A stretch of 64,000 nt of DNA from Yuukianura sp. NJ FZ-2021 (Eukaryota), in the NCBI GenBank assembly GCA_046563655.1, contig JAJCTO010000009.1, positions 682,001 to 746,000 of the forward strand. Direction: 5' to 3'. Numbering within the stretch: position 1 is the stretch's first letter; the number at the start of each line of letters is the position of its first letter. Positions 14,151-28,133 of the stretch are shown here, piece by piece. The position numbers and the translations under genes are program-made. The notes under the pieces were generated by a model. That model searched no databases. It had not been told where the DNA came from and saw nothing but the letters and a program-made list of their open reading frames with translations.

Positions 14151-16173
14151 TTTATGTCATACTACCACCTTGCACTTCCGATAAAGCACACCTGAATAAC
14201 TGGTGCTCAACACTAATCTGGAATTATATTTTAGCCCAACTCCACTATGCAACAAGTGCTTAAATCTAACTGTCATTTTGGTATAAACTAATGTGGGAAC
14301 TATACAACGAAGTTTTAAACATACCGAAAAATGGAATTTATGCCTTGTTATCGCTCATAACCATGTTCATGAAACGCATCTAGTACCGGTCCACTTTGTC
14401 GTAGTGCATCAACGACTATTACACACGGTGAACCAATTGTTGTCAGCCTTCACATTTGAGCTCAAAGGAGAAGTGCCGGTGAAATGACAAGCTCGCCCTC
14501 ACTACAAATACCAACCAGTACTCATTTTGACACCATGAATCACAATGACTCCGACGGCAATTTAGCTTCAGGGGATCCCATTATTACATTTTCTAAATCA
14601 AAATCGAACATTCCGCATTATTTGTTTTTTTGATTAAAATTGTTAGGAAAGACATTTTTATGTCATACTACCACCTTGCACTTCCAATAAAGCACACATG
14701 AATAACTGGTGTTCAACAATTATCTGGAATTATATTTTAGCCCAACTCCACTATGCAACAAGTGCATAAATCTAACCGTCATTTAGGTTTAACTAATGTG
14801 TGAACTATACAACGAAATTTTAAACATACTGAAAAATGGAATTTATGCCTTGTTATTGCTTATAACGTCTTCATGGAACGCATCTAATACCGGTCCACTT
14901 TGTCGTAGTGCATCAACGACTATTACACACGGTGAACCAATTGTTGTCAGCCTTCACATTTGAGCTCAAAGGAGAAGTGCCGGTGAAATGACAAGCTCGC
15001 CCTCACTACAAATACCAACCAGTACTCATTTTGACACCATGAATCACAATGACTCCGACGGCAATTTAGCTTCAGGGGATCCCATTATTACATTTTCTAA
15101 ATCAAAATCGAACATTCCGCAGTTTTTGTTATTTTGATTTAAATTGTTAGGAAAGACTTTTTATGTCATACTACCACCTTGCACTTTCAATAAAGCACAC
15201 CTCAGTAACTGATGTTCAACAATAATCTGGAATTATATTTTACCCCAACTCCACTATGCAACAAATGCATTAATCTAACCGTCATTTAGGTTTAACTAAT
15301 GTGTGAACAATACAACGAAATTTTAAACATACTGAAAAATGGAATTTATGCCTTGTTATCGCTTATAACCATCTTCATGGAACGCATCTAATACCGGTCC
15401 ACTTTGTCGTAGTGCATCAACGACTATTACACACGGTGAACCACTTGTTGTCAGCCTTCATCTTTGAGCACAAAGGAGAAGTGCCGGTGAAATGACAAGC
15501 TCGCCCTCACTACAGATACCAACCAGTACTCATTTTGACACTATGAATCACAATGACTCAGACGGCAACTGAACTTCAGGGCAAATCACATTATTACATT
15601 TTCTAAATCAAAATCGAACATTCCGCAGTTTTTGTTATTTTGATTTAAATTGTTAGGAAAGACTTTTTATGTCATACTACCACCTTGCACTTTCAATAAA
15701 GCACACCTGAGTAACTGATGTTCAACAATAATCTGGAATTATATTTTACCCCAACTCCACTATGCAACAAATGCATTAATCTAACCGTCATTTAGGTTTA
15801 ACTAATGTGTGAACAATACAACGAAATTTTAAACATACTGAAAAATGGAATTTATGCCTTGTTATCGCTTATAACCATCTTCATGGAACGCATCTAATAC
15901 CGGTCCACTTTGTCGTAGTGCATCAACGACTATTACACACGGTGAACCACTTGTTGTCAGCCTTCATCTTTGAGCTCAAAGGAGAAGTGCCGGTGAAATG
16001 ACAAGCTCGCCCTCACTACAGATACCAACCAGTACTCATTTTGACACTGTGAATCACAATGACTCAGACGGCAAATGAAGTTCAGGGAAATCCCATTATT
16101 ACATTTTCTAAATGAAAATCGAACATTCAGCATTATTTGTTATTTTGATTAAAATTTTTAGAAAATACTTTTT

Positions 16174-16923
16174 AGTCTTCTGGAGACGCACGTCTACGAC
16201 GTGCTGAAGAAGACTATTGATACGACTTTGTCCGTCTGTCCGTCCGTCTGTCACGTTTTTTAGGACTCATTGTACTGAAACATTAGCCCCATCGCAGTCG
16301 GGGGGTTATGTATGGCTCAAGAGTTTTCAGTAGGTCTACATTGCACTCAAAGTGTTAAATTAACAACGTAAAAGTTGGCGGCTACTTTACGTACCCGCAG
16401 TATCGTGGCTCCGCAAAACTGTTTTGGTTTCGATTGCACTCAAAATATTTATAAACAACGAAGTTTTGACCTGGTCATTTTCTGACAGTATGTTTATTTA
16501 CGTTGTTAATTTGGGACTGATGAGAGGGCTCAAACTCCGGTTTAAATTCGTAACATGTAAGCAGCGAATGGGAGGGTTCAAATTTGCATTCACAATAAAT
16601 TTCTTTGATTTTGATTTTAAAGAAACGATATTGGACCCCTACCCCACAACGTACAATTTTGTGCATGATGCACACAATTGAAGGTTTGTGCAGTTGTGAG
16701 AACTACCTTGAGCATTGCCATGGCAACATCGACAATACATATGTGCATCTTCCTCAAGAAATGAAGAACATCAATCAAGAACGATATTCGACCCCTTCTT
16801 CTTAACGTTCAATTTTGTGCATTTTGTGCGTACAGTTTTGCGGTAGGCCGGTCGCAATGTCGTATCAATTGTCAACTCCCTCCAGAAGATCTGTGCTCAA
16901 CCCTTGAGCACTGCCCTACCTTG
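16174..16923 (+). mobile_element. Non-autonomous Helentron-type element (HINE / DINE-1-like), copy 2
   Basis: Appears identical to copy 1 (offset +2773; the spurious ORF translations are identical). Same monomer position and orientation. Confidence 0.82.
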
Positions 16924-17937
16924 TTTATGTCATACTACCACCTTGCACTTCCGATAAAGCACACCTGAATAACTGGTGCTCAACACTAATCTGGAATTAT
17001 ATTTTAGCCCAACTCCACTATGCAACAAGTGCTTAAATCTAACTGTCATTTTGGTATAAACTAATGTGGGAACTATACAACGAAGTTTTAAACATACCGA
17101 AAAATGGAATTTATGCCTTGTTATCGCTCATAACCATGTTCATGAAACGCATCTAGTACCGGTCCACTTTGTCGTAGTGCATCAACGACTATTACACACG
17201 GTGAACCAATTGTTGTCAGCCTTCACATTTGAGCTCAAAGGAGAAGTGCCGGTGAAATGACAAGCTCGCCCTCACTACAAATACCAACCAGTACTCATTT
17301 TGACACCATGAATCACAATGACTCCGACGGCAATTTAGCTTCAGGGGATCCCATTATTACATTTTCTAAATCAAAATCGAACATTCCGCATTATTTGTTT
17401 TTTTGATTAAAATTGTTAGGAAAGACATTTTTATGTCATACTACCACCTTGCACTTCCAATAAAGCACACATGAATAACTGGTGTTCAACAATTATCTGG
17501 AATTATATTTTAGCCCAACTCCACTATGCAACAAGTGCATAAATCTAACCGTCATTTAGGTTTAACTAATGTGTGAACTATACAACGAAATTTTAAACAT
17601 ACTGAAAAATGGAATTTATGCCTTGTTATTGCTTATAACGTCTTCATGGAACGCATCTAATACCGGTCCACTTTGTCGTAGTGCATCAACGACTATTACA
17701 CACGGTGAACCAATTGTTGTCAGCCTTCACATTTGAGCTCAAAAGAGAAGTGCCGGTGAAATGACAAGCTCGCCCTCACTACAGATACCAACCGGTACTC
17801 ATTTTGACACTGTGAATCACAATGACTCAGACCGCAACTGAAGTTCAGGGGAAATCCCATTATTACATTTTCTAAATGAAAATCGAACATTCAGCATTAT
17901 TTGTTATTTTGATTAAAATTTTTAGAAAATACTTTTT

Positions 17938-18687
17938 AGTCTTCTGGAGACGCACGTCTACGACGTGCTGAAGAAGACTATTGATACGACTTTGTCCGTC
18001 TGTCCGTCCGTCTGTCACGTTTTTTAGGACTCATTGTACTGAAACATTAGCCCCATCGCAGTCGGGGGGTTATGTATGGCTCAAGAGTTTTCAGTAGGTC
18101 TACATTGCACTCAAAGTGTTAAATTAACAACGTAAAAGTTGGCGGCTACTTTACGTACCCGCAGTATCGTGGCTCCGCAAAACTGTTTTGGTTTCGATTG
18201 CACTCAAAATATTTATAAACAACGAAGTTTTGACCTGGTCATTTTCTGACAGTATGTTTATTTACGTTGTTAATTTGGGACTGATGAGAGGGCTCAAACT
18301 CCGGTTTAAATTCGTAACATGTAAGCAGCGAATGGGAGGGTTCAAATTTGCATTCACAATAAATTTCTTTGATTTTGATTTTAAAGAAACGATATTGGAC
18401 CCCTACCCCACAACGTACAATTTTGTGCATGATGCACACAATTGAAGGTTTGTGCAGTTGTGAGAACTACCTTGAGCATTGCCATGGCAACATCGACAAT
18501 ACATATGTGCATCTTCCTCAAGAAATGAAGAACATCAATCAAGAACGATATTCGACCCCTTCTTCTTAACGTTCAATTTTGTGCATTTTGTGCGTACAGT
18601 TTTGCGGTAGGCCGGTCGCAATGTCGTATCAATTGTCAACTCCCTCCAGAAGATCTGTGCTCAACCCTTGAGCACTGCCCTACCTTG
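17938..18687 (+). mobile_element. Non-autonomous Helentron-type element (HINE / DINE-1-like), copy 3
   Basis: Appears identical to copy 1 (offset +4537). Same monomer position and orientation. Confidence 0.82.
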
Positions 18688-21600
18688 TTTATGTCATACT
18701 ACCACCTTGCACTTCCGATAAAGCACACCTGAATAACTGGTGCTCAACACTAATCTGGAATTATATTTTAGCCCAACTCCACTATGCAACAAGTGCTTAA
18801 ATCTAACTGTCATTTTGGTATAAACTAATGTGGGAACTATACAACGAAGTTTTAAACATACCGAAAAATGGAATTTATGCCTTGTTATCGCTCATAACCA
18901 TGTTCATGAAACGCATCTAGTACCGGTCCACTTTGTCGTAGTGCATCAACGACTATTACACACGGTGAACCACTTGTTGTCAGCCTTCACATTTGAGCTC
19001 AAAGGAGAAGTGCCGGTGAAATGACAAGCTCGCCCTCACTACAAATACCAACCAGTACTCATTTTGACACCATGAATCACAATGACTCCGACGGCAATTT
19101 AGCTTCAGGGGATCCCATTATTACATTTTCTAAATCAAAATCGAACATTCCGCATTATTTGTTATTTTGATTAAAATTGTTAGGAAAGACATTTTTATGT
19201 CATACTACCACCTTGCACTTCCAATAAAGCACACATGAATAACTGGTGTTCAACAATTATCTGGAATTATATTTTAGCCCAACTCCACTATGCAACAAGT
19301 GCATAAATCTAACCGTCATTTAGGTTTAACTAATGTGTGAACTATACAACGAAATTTTAAACATACTGAAAAATGGAATTTATGCCTTGTTATTGCTTAT
19401 AACGTCTTCATGGAACGCATCTAATACCGGTCCACTTTGTCGTAGTGCATCAACGACTATTACACACGGTGAACCAATTGTTGTCAGCCTTCACATTTGA
19501 GCTCAAAGGAGAAGTGCCGGTGAAATGACAAGCTCGCCCTCACTACAAATACCAACCAGTACTCATTTTGACACCATGAATCACAATGACTCCGACGGCA
19601 ATTTAGCTTCAGGGGATCCCATTATTACATTTTCTAAATCAAAATCGAACATTCCGCAGTTTTTGTTATTTTGATTTAAATTGTTAGGAAAGACTTTTTA
19701 TGTCATACTACCACCTTGCACTTTCAATAAAGCACACCTCAGTAACTGATGTTCAACAATAATCTGGAATTATATTTTACCCCAACTCCACTATGCAACA
19801 AATGCATTAATCTAACCGTCATTTAGGTTTAACTAATGTGTGAACAATACAACGAAATTTTAAACATACTGAAAAATGGAATTTATGCCTTGTTATCGCT
19901 TATAACCATCTTCATGGAACGCATCTAATACCGGTCCACGTTGTCGTAGTGCATCAACGACTATTACACACGGTGAACCACTTGTTGTCAGCCTTCATCT
20001 TTGAGCACAAAGGAGAAGTGCCGGTGAAATGACAAGCTCGCCCTCACTACAGATACCAACCAGTACTCATTTTGACACTATGAATCACAATGACTCAGAC
20101 GGCAACTGAACTTCAGGGCAAATCACATTATTACATTTTCTAAATCAAAATCGAACATTCCGCAGTTTTTGTTATTTTGATTTAAAATTGTTAGGAAAGA
20201 CTTTTTATGTCATACTACCACCTTGCACTTTCAATAAAGCACACCTCAGTAACTGATGTTCAACAATAATCTGGAATTATATTTTACCCCAACTCCACTA
20301 TGCAACAAATGCATTAATCTAACCGTCATTTAGGTTTAACTAATGTGTGAACAATACAACGAAATTTTAAACATACTGAAAAATGGAATTTATGCCTTGT
20401 TATCGCTTATAACCATCTTCATGGAACGCATCTAATACCGGTCCACTTTGTCGTAGTGCATCAACGACTATTACACACGGTGAACCACTTGTTGTCAGTC
20501 TTCATCTTTGAGCACAAAGGAGAAGTGCCGGTGAAATGACAAGCTCGCCCTCACTACAGATACCAACCAGTACTCATTTTGACACTATGAATCACAATGA
20601 CTCAGACGGCAACTGAACTTCAGGGCAAATCACATTATTACATTTTCTAAATCAAAATCGAACATTCCGCAGTTTTTGTTATTTTGATTTAAATTGTTAG
20701 GAAAGACTTTTTATGTCATACTACCACCTTGCACTTTCAATAAAGCACACCTCAGTAACTGATGTTCAACAATAATCTGGAATTATATTTTACCCCAACT
20801 CCACTATGCAACAAATGCATTAATCTAACCGTCATTTAGGTTTAACTAATGTGTGAACAATACAACGAAATTTTAAACATACTGAAAAATGGAATTTATG
20901 CCTTGTTATCGCTTATAACCATCTTCATGGAACGCATCTAATACCGGTCCACTTTGTCGTAGTGCATCAACGAATATTATACACGGTGAACCACTTGTTG
21001 TCAGCCTTCATCTTTGAGCACAAAGGAGAAGTGCCGGTGAAATGACAAGCTCGCCCTCACTACAGATACCAACCAGTACTCATTTTGACACTATGAATCA
21101 CAATGACTCAGACGGCAACTGAACTTCAGGGGAAATCACGTTATTACATTTTCTAAAGCAAAATCGAACATTCAGCATTATTTGTTATTTTGATTAAAAT
21201 TTTTAGGAAATACTTTTTTATGTCATACTACCACCTTGCACTTCCAATAAAGCACACCTGAATAACTGGTGTTCAACAATAATCTGGAATTATATTTTAG
21301 CCCAACTCCACCTTGCAACAAGTGCATAAATCTAACTGTCATTTTGGTATAAACTAATGTGGGAACTATACAACGAAGTTTTAAACATACTGAAAAATGG
21401 AATTTATGCCTTGTTATCGCTTATAACCATCTTCATGGAACGCATCTAATACCGGTCCACTTTGTCGTAGTGCATCAACGACTATTACACACGTTGAACC
21501 ACTTGTTGTCAGCCTTCATCTTTGAGCTCAAAGGAGAAGTGCCGGTGAAATGACAAGCTCTCCCTCACTACAAATAACAACCAGTACTCATTTTGACACC

Positions 21601-24600
21601 ATGATACACAATAACTCCGACGGCAATGGAGCTTCAGGGGATCCCATCATTACATTTTCTAAATCAAAATCGAACATTCAGCATTATTTGTTATTTTGAT
21701 TAAAATTTTTAGAAAATACTTTTTTATGTCATACTACCACCTTGCACTTCCAATAAAGCACATCTGAAAAACTGGTGTTCAACACTAATCTGGAATTATA
21801 TTTTAGCCCAACTCCACTATGCAACAAGTGCATAAATCTGACTGTCATTTTGGTATAAACTAATGTGGGAACTATACAACGAAGTTTTAAACATACCGAA
21901 AAATGGAATTTATGCCTTGTTATCGCTTATAACCATCTTCATGGAACGCATCTAATACCGGTCCACTTTGTCGTAGTGCATCAACGACTATTACACACGT
22001 TGAACCACTTGTTGTCAGCCTTCATCTTTGAGCTCAAAGGAGAAGTGCCGGTGAAATGACAAGCTCGCCCTCACTACAAATACCAACCAGTACTCATTTT
22101 GACACCATGATACACAATGACTCCGACGGCAATGGAACTTCAGGGGATCCCATTATTACATTTTCAAAATCAAAATCGAACATTCCGCATTATTTGTTAT
22201 TTTGATTAAAATTGTTAGGAAAGACTTTTTTATGTCATACTACCACCTTGCACTTCCAATAAAGCACACCTGAATAACTGGTGTTCAACAATAATCTGGA
22301 ATTATATTTTAGCCCAACTCCACCTTGCAACAAGTGCATAAATCTAACTGTCATTTTGGTATAAACTAATGTGGGAACTATACAACGAAGTTTTAAACAT
22401 ACTGAAAAATCGAATTTATGCCTTGTTATCGTTTATAACCATCTTCATGGAACGCATCTAATACCGGTCCACTTTGTCGTAGTGCATCAACGACTATTAC
22501 ACACGTTGAACCACTTGTTGTCAGCCTTCATCTTTGAGCTCAAAGGAGAAGTGCCGGTGAAATGACAAGCTCGCCCTCACTACAAATACCAACCAGTACT
22601 CATTTTGACACCATGATACACAATGACTCCGACGGCAATGGAACTTCAGGGGATCCCATTATTACATTTTCAAAATCAAAATCGAACATTCCGCATTATT
22701 TGTTATTTTGATTAAAATTGTTAGGAAAGACTTTTTTATGTCATACTACCACCTTGCACTTCCAACAAAACACACCTGAATAACTGGTGTTCAACAATAA
22801 TCTGGAATTATATTTTAGCTCAGCTCCACTATGCAACAAGTGCATAAATCTAACTGTCATTTTGGTATAAACTAATGTAGGAACTATACAACGAAGTTTT
22901 AAACATACTGAAAAATGGAATTTATGCCTTGTTATCGCTTATAACGATCTTCATGGAACGCATCTAATACCGGTCCACTTTGTTGTAGTGCATCAACGAC
23001 TATTACACACGGTGAACCACTTGTTGTCAACCTTCATCTTTGGGCACAAAGGAGAAGTGCCGGTGAAATGACAAGCTCGCCCTCACTGCAGATACCAACC
23101 AGTACTCATTTTGACACCATGATACACAATGACTCCGACGGCAATGGAACTTCAGGGGATCCCATTATTACATTTTCAAAATCAAAATCGAACATTCCGC
23201 ATTATTTGTTATTTTGATTAAAATTTTTAGGAAAGACTTTTTTATGTCATACTACCACCTTGCACTTCCAACAAAACACACCTGAATAACTGGTGTTCAA
23301 CAATAATCTGGAATTATATTTTAGCTCAGCTCCACTATGCAACAAGTGCATAAATCTAACTGTCATTTTGGTATAAACTAATGTAGGAACTATACAACGA
23401 AGTTTTAAACATACTGAAAAATGGAATTTATGCCTTGTTATCGCTTATAACCGATCTTCATGGAACGCATCTAATACCGGTCCACTTTGTTGTAGTGCAT
23501 CAACGACTATTACACACGGTGAACCACTTGTTGTCAACCTTCATCTTTGGGCACAAAGGAGAAGTGCCGGTGAAATGACAAGCTCGCCCTCACTGCAGAT
23601 ACCAACCAGTAATCATTTTGACACTATGAATCACAATGACTCAGACGGCAACTGAACTTCAGGGGAAATCCCATTATTAAGTTTTCTAAATCAAAATCGA
23701 ACATTCAGCATTAATTGTTATTTTGATTAAAAGTTTTAGGAAATACTTTTTTATGTCATACTTCCAATAAAGCACACCTGAGTAACTGGTGTTCAACAAT
23801 AATCTGGAATTATATTTTAGCCCAACTCCACCTTGCAACAAGTGCATAAATCTAACTGTCATTTTGGTATAAACTAATGTGGGAACTATACAACGAAGTT
23901 TTAAACATACTGAAAAATGGAATTTATGCCTTGTTATCGCTTATAACCATCTTCATGGAACGCATCTAATACCGGTCCACTTTGTCGTAGTGCATCAACG
24001 ACTATTACACACGTTGAACCACTTGTTGTCAGCCTTCATCTTTGAGCTCAAAGGAGAAGTGCCGGTGAAATGACAAGCTCGCCCTCACTACAAATACCAA
24101 CCAGTACTCATTTTGACACCATGATACACAATGACTCCGACGGCAATGGAACTTCAGGGGATCCCATTATTACATTTTCAAAATCAAAATCGAACATTCC
24201 GCATTATTTGTTATTTTGATTAAAATTGTTAGGAAAGACTTTTTTATGTCATACTACCACCTTGCACTTCCAACAAAACACACCTGAATAACTGGTGTTC
24301 AACAATAATCTGGAATTATATTTTAGCTCAGCTCCACTATGCAACAAGTGCATAAATCTAACTGTCATTTTGGTATAAACTAATGTAGGAACTATACAAC
24401 GAAGTTTTAAACATACTGAAAAATGGAATTTATGCCTTGTTATCGCTTATAACGATCTTCATGGAACGCATCTAATACCGGTCCACTTTGTTGTAGTGCA
24501 TCAACGACTATTACACACGGTGAACCACTTGTTGTCAGCCTTCATCTTTGAGCACAAAGGAGAAGTGCCGGTGAAATGACAAGCTCGCCCTCACTGCAGA

Positions 24601-27360
24601 TACCAACCAGTACTCATTTTGACACTATGAATCACAATGACTCAGACGGCAACTGAACTTCAGGGGAAATCCCATTATTAAGTTTTCTAAATCAAAATCG
24701 AACATTCAGCATTAATTGTTATTTTGATTAAAAGTTTTAGGAAATACTTTTTTATGTCATACTTCCAATAAAGCACACCTGAGTAACTGGTGTTCAACAA
24801 TAATCTGGAATTATATTTTAGCCCAACTCCACTATGCAACAAATGCATTAATCTAACTGTCATTTAGGTTTAACTAATGTGTGAACAATACAACGAAATT
24901 TTAAACATACTGAAAAATGGAATTTATGCCTTGTTATCGCTTATAACCATCTTCATGGAACTCATCTAATACCGGTCCACTTTGTCGTAGTGCATCAACG
25001 ACTATTACACACGTTGAACCACTTGTTGTCAGCCTTCATCTTTGAGCTCAAAGGAGAAGTGCCGGTGAAATGACAAGCTCGCCCTCACTACAAATACCAA
25101 CCAGTACTCATTTTGACACCATGATACACAATGACTCCGACGGCAATGGAACTTCAGGGGATCCCATTATTACATTTTCAAAATCAAAATCGAACATTCC
25201 GCATTATTTGTTATTTTGATTAAAATTGTTAGGAAAGACTTTTTTATGTCATACTACCACCTTGCACTTCCAACAAAACACACCTGAATAACTGGTGTTC
25301 AACAATAATCTGGAATTATATTTTAGCTCAGCTCCACTATGCAACAAGTGCATAAATCTAACTGTCATTTTGGTATAAACTAATGTGGGAACTATACAAC
25401 GAAGTTTTAAACATACTGAAAAATGGAATTTATGCCTTGTTATTGCTTATAACTATCTTCATGGAACGCATCTAATACCGGTCCACTTTGTTGTAGTTCA
25501 TCAACGACTATTACACACGGTGAACCACTTGTTGTCAGCCTTCATCTTTGGGCACAAAGGAGAAGTGCCGGTGAAATGACAAGCTCGCCCTCACTGCAGA
25601 TACCAACCAGTACTCATTTTGACACCATGATACACAATGACTCCGACGGCAATGGAACTTCAGGGGATCCCATTATTACATTTTCAAAATCAAAATCGAA
25701 CATTCCGCATTATTTGTTATTTTGATTAAAATTGTTAGGAAAGACTTTTTTATGTCATACTACCACCTTGCACTTGCAATAAAGCACACCTGAATAACTG
25801 GTGTTCAACAATAATCTGGAATTATATTTTAGCCCAACTCCACCTTGCAACAAGTGCATAAATCTAACTGTCATTTTGGTATAAACTAATGTGGGAACTA
25901 TACAACGAAGTTTTAAACATATTGAAAAATGGAATTTATGCCTTGTTATCGCTTATAACGATCTTCATGGAACGCATCTAATACCGGTCCACTTTGTTGT
26001 AGTGCATCAACGACTATTACACACGGTGAACCACTTGTTGTCAACCTTCATCTTTGGGCACAAAGGAGAAGTGCCGGTGAAATGACAAGCTCGCCCTCAC
26101 TGCAGATACCAACCAGTACTCATTTTGACACTATGAATCACAATGACTCAGACGGCAACTGAACTTCAGGGGAAATCCCATTATTAAGTTTTCTAAATCA
26201 AAATCGAACATTCAGCATTAATTGTTATTTTGATTAAAAGTTTTAGGAAATACTTTTTTATGTCATACTTCCAATAAAGCACACCTGAGTAACTGGTGTT
26301 CAGCAATAATCTGGAATTATATTTTAGCCCAACTCCACTATGCAACAAAACAAATGCATTAATCTAACCGTCATTTAGGTTTAACTAATGTGTGAACAAT
26401 ACAACGAAATTTTAAACATACTGAAAAATGGAATTTATGCCTTGTTATCGCTTATAACCATCTTCATGGAACGCATCTAATACCGGTCCACTTTGTCGTA
26501 GTGCATCAACGACTATTACACACGGTGAACCACTTGTTGTCAGCCTTCATCTTTGAGCACAAAGGAGAAGTGCCGGTGAAATGACAAGCTCGCCCTCACT
26601 GCAGATACCAACCAGTACTCATTTTGACACTATGAATCACAATGACTCAGACGGCAACTGAACTTCAGGGAAAATCCCATTATTAAGTTTTCTAAATCAA
26701 AATCGAACATTCAGCATTAATTGTTATTTTGATTAAAAGTTTTAGGAAATACTTTTTTATGTCATACTTCCAATAAAGCACACCTGAGTAACTGGTGTTC
26801 AGCAATAATCTGGAATTATATTTTAGCCCAACTCCACTATGCAACAAAACAAATGCATTAATCTAACCGTCATTTAGGTTTAACTAATGTGTGAACAATA
26901 CAACGAAATTTTAAACATACTGAAAAATGGAATTTATGCCTTGTTATCGCTTATAACCATCTTCATGGAACGCATCTAATACCGGTCCACTTTGTCGTAG
27001 TGCATCAACGACTATTACACACGGTGAACCACTTGTTGTCAGCCTTCATCTTTGGGCACAAAGGAGAAGTGCCGGTGAAATGACAAGCTCGCCCTCACTG
27101 CAGATACCAACCAGTACTCATTTTGACACTATGAATCACAATGACTCAGACGGCAACTGAACTTCAGGGGAAATCCCATTATTAAGTTTTCTAAATCAAA
27201 ATCGAACATTCAGCATTAATTGTTATTTTGATTAAAAGTTTTAGGAAATACTTTTTTATGTCATACTTCCAATAAAGCACACCTGAGTAACTGGTGTTCA
27301 ACAATAATCTGGAATTATATTTTAGCCCAACTCCACTATGCAACAAATGCATTAATCTAA

Positions 27361-27365
27361 CTGTC
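27361..27365. other. Target-site duplication CTGTC (second copy 33972-33976)
   Basis: The satellite reads ATTAATCTAA-CTGTC-ATTTAGG; CTGTC is present on both sides of the element. Confidence 0.95.
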
Positions 27366-27653
27366 TGAAGTGATTTGGGTGGTAGAGCGGATGTTGGATT
27401 TTTGTATTTTTATTATAAAACGTTAATACTTCCAATCTTTTTACATTAATTACAAAAGTTAATTGATAATTGAAAGAAAGTGCAGACCATGCTGCTTCCC
27501 AATCAGAATTAGAAGTGAAGTGGGCAGTTCCTCTGCTCATCTTCTTCGAAACCACACTTTTTTTCACACTTAAAGCTATACCTATAGCTAACACTTTTCG
27601 ACAATTTGAAATTGGCGCTTCCCTGTTGAGAAGCGTCTCAAAATGCCAAAACA
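27366..27653 (-). repeat. 3' LTR (288 bp)
   Basis: Plus strand TGAAGTGATTTGGG...AATGCCAAAACA. No difference found by eye versus 33684-33971. Minus-strand AATAAA at 27409-27414 is a candidate polyadenylation signal. Confidence 0.96.
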
Positions 27654-27662
27654 CCGCCCTCC
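27654..27662 (-). promoter_or_regulatory. Polypurine tract
   Basis: Minus strand GGAGGGCGG immediately before the TG of the 3' LTR. Confidence 0.7.
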
Positions 27663-28133
27663 ATTGAATGACAAGGTCATTCAATTTTGCACAAAAGAAA
27701 AAGAAAATGGCGACCAATTCCGGATACATGCAAATGGAGGAAATAACCTAACCTGAACCGACGCCACTGGATTCGGTGGCTGAAGGTGGACTAGGCCTTC
27801 TTCCAGTTGCTCAGGCTGGAATTTCCGTTTGCTAGACCCTACCAGTATGTCTGAACATGAAAGATTACCCACACAATCACAGGATCCAGAATTGGGGCAC
27901 CTTACGTTCAGTAAATTACTTTACTCGAACGGAAGGTGTTTTAGCAAATGATTTTTACCCCTAATTTTAGTATTTGAAAGAGATAACACTTAACACTTTG
28001 TTTTTGATAGCATCAACTAACCACTTAACACTTAAGAATTTAAGCCTAACTTTAACCCAAATTTTTAAAGTTTGAAACAAATGAATGAATATTTTGAATT
28101 TAACACTATTTACACAAGTTCCCTAGACTTACG

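Larger units (their letters stand above)
1..27365. repeat. Tandem satellite DNA array, ~506-bp monomer (range about 490-512 bp), left arm; interrupted by three 750-bp inserts
   Basis: The same monomer recurs head-to-tail. The marker GTGGGAACTATACAACG occurs at 403, 913, 1421, 1931, 2441, 2949, 3455, 3967, 4472 and onward (spacing 505-512). Monomers differ only by shared SNPs and small indels. The array runs off the left edge. Confidence 0.98.

Noticed and set aside
13401..18687. Site-specific targeting of the monomer by three independent insertions
   Set aside because: Identical inserts and shared rare downstream variants are explained more simply by duplication of one insertion.
27352..27872. 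env-like or accessory ORFs (125 aa, 63 aa) downstream of pol
   Set aside because: The 125-aa ORF runs through the LTR into the satellite and the 63-aa ORF starts at GTG. Neither has a signal peptide plus transmembrane organisation or env-like length.
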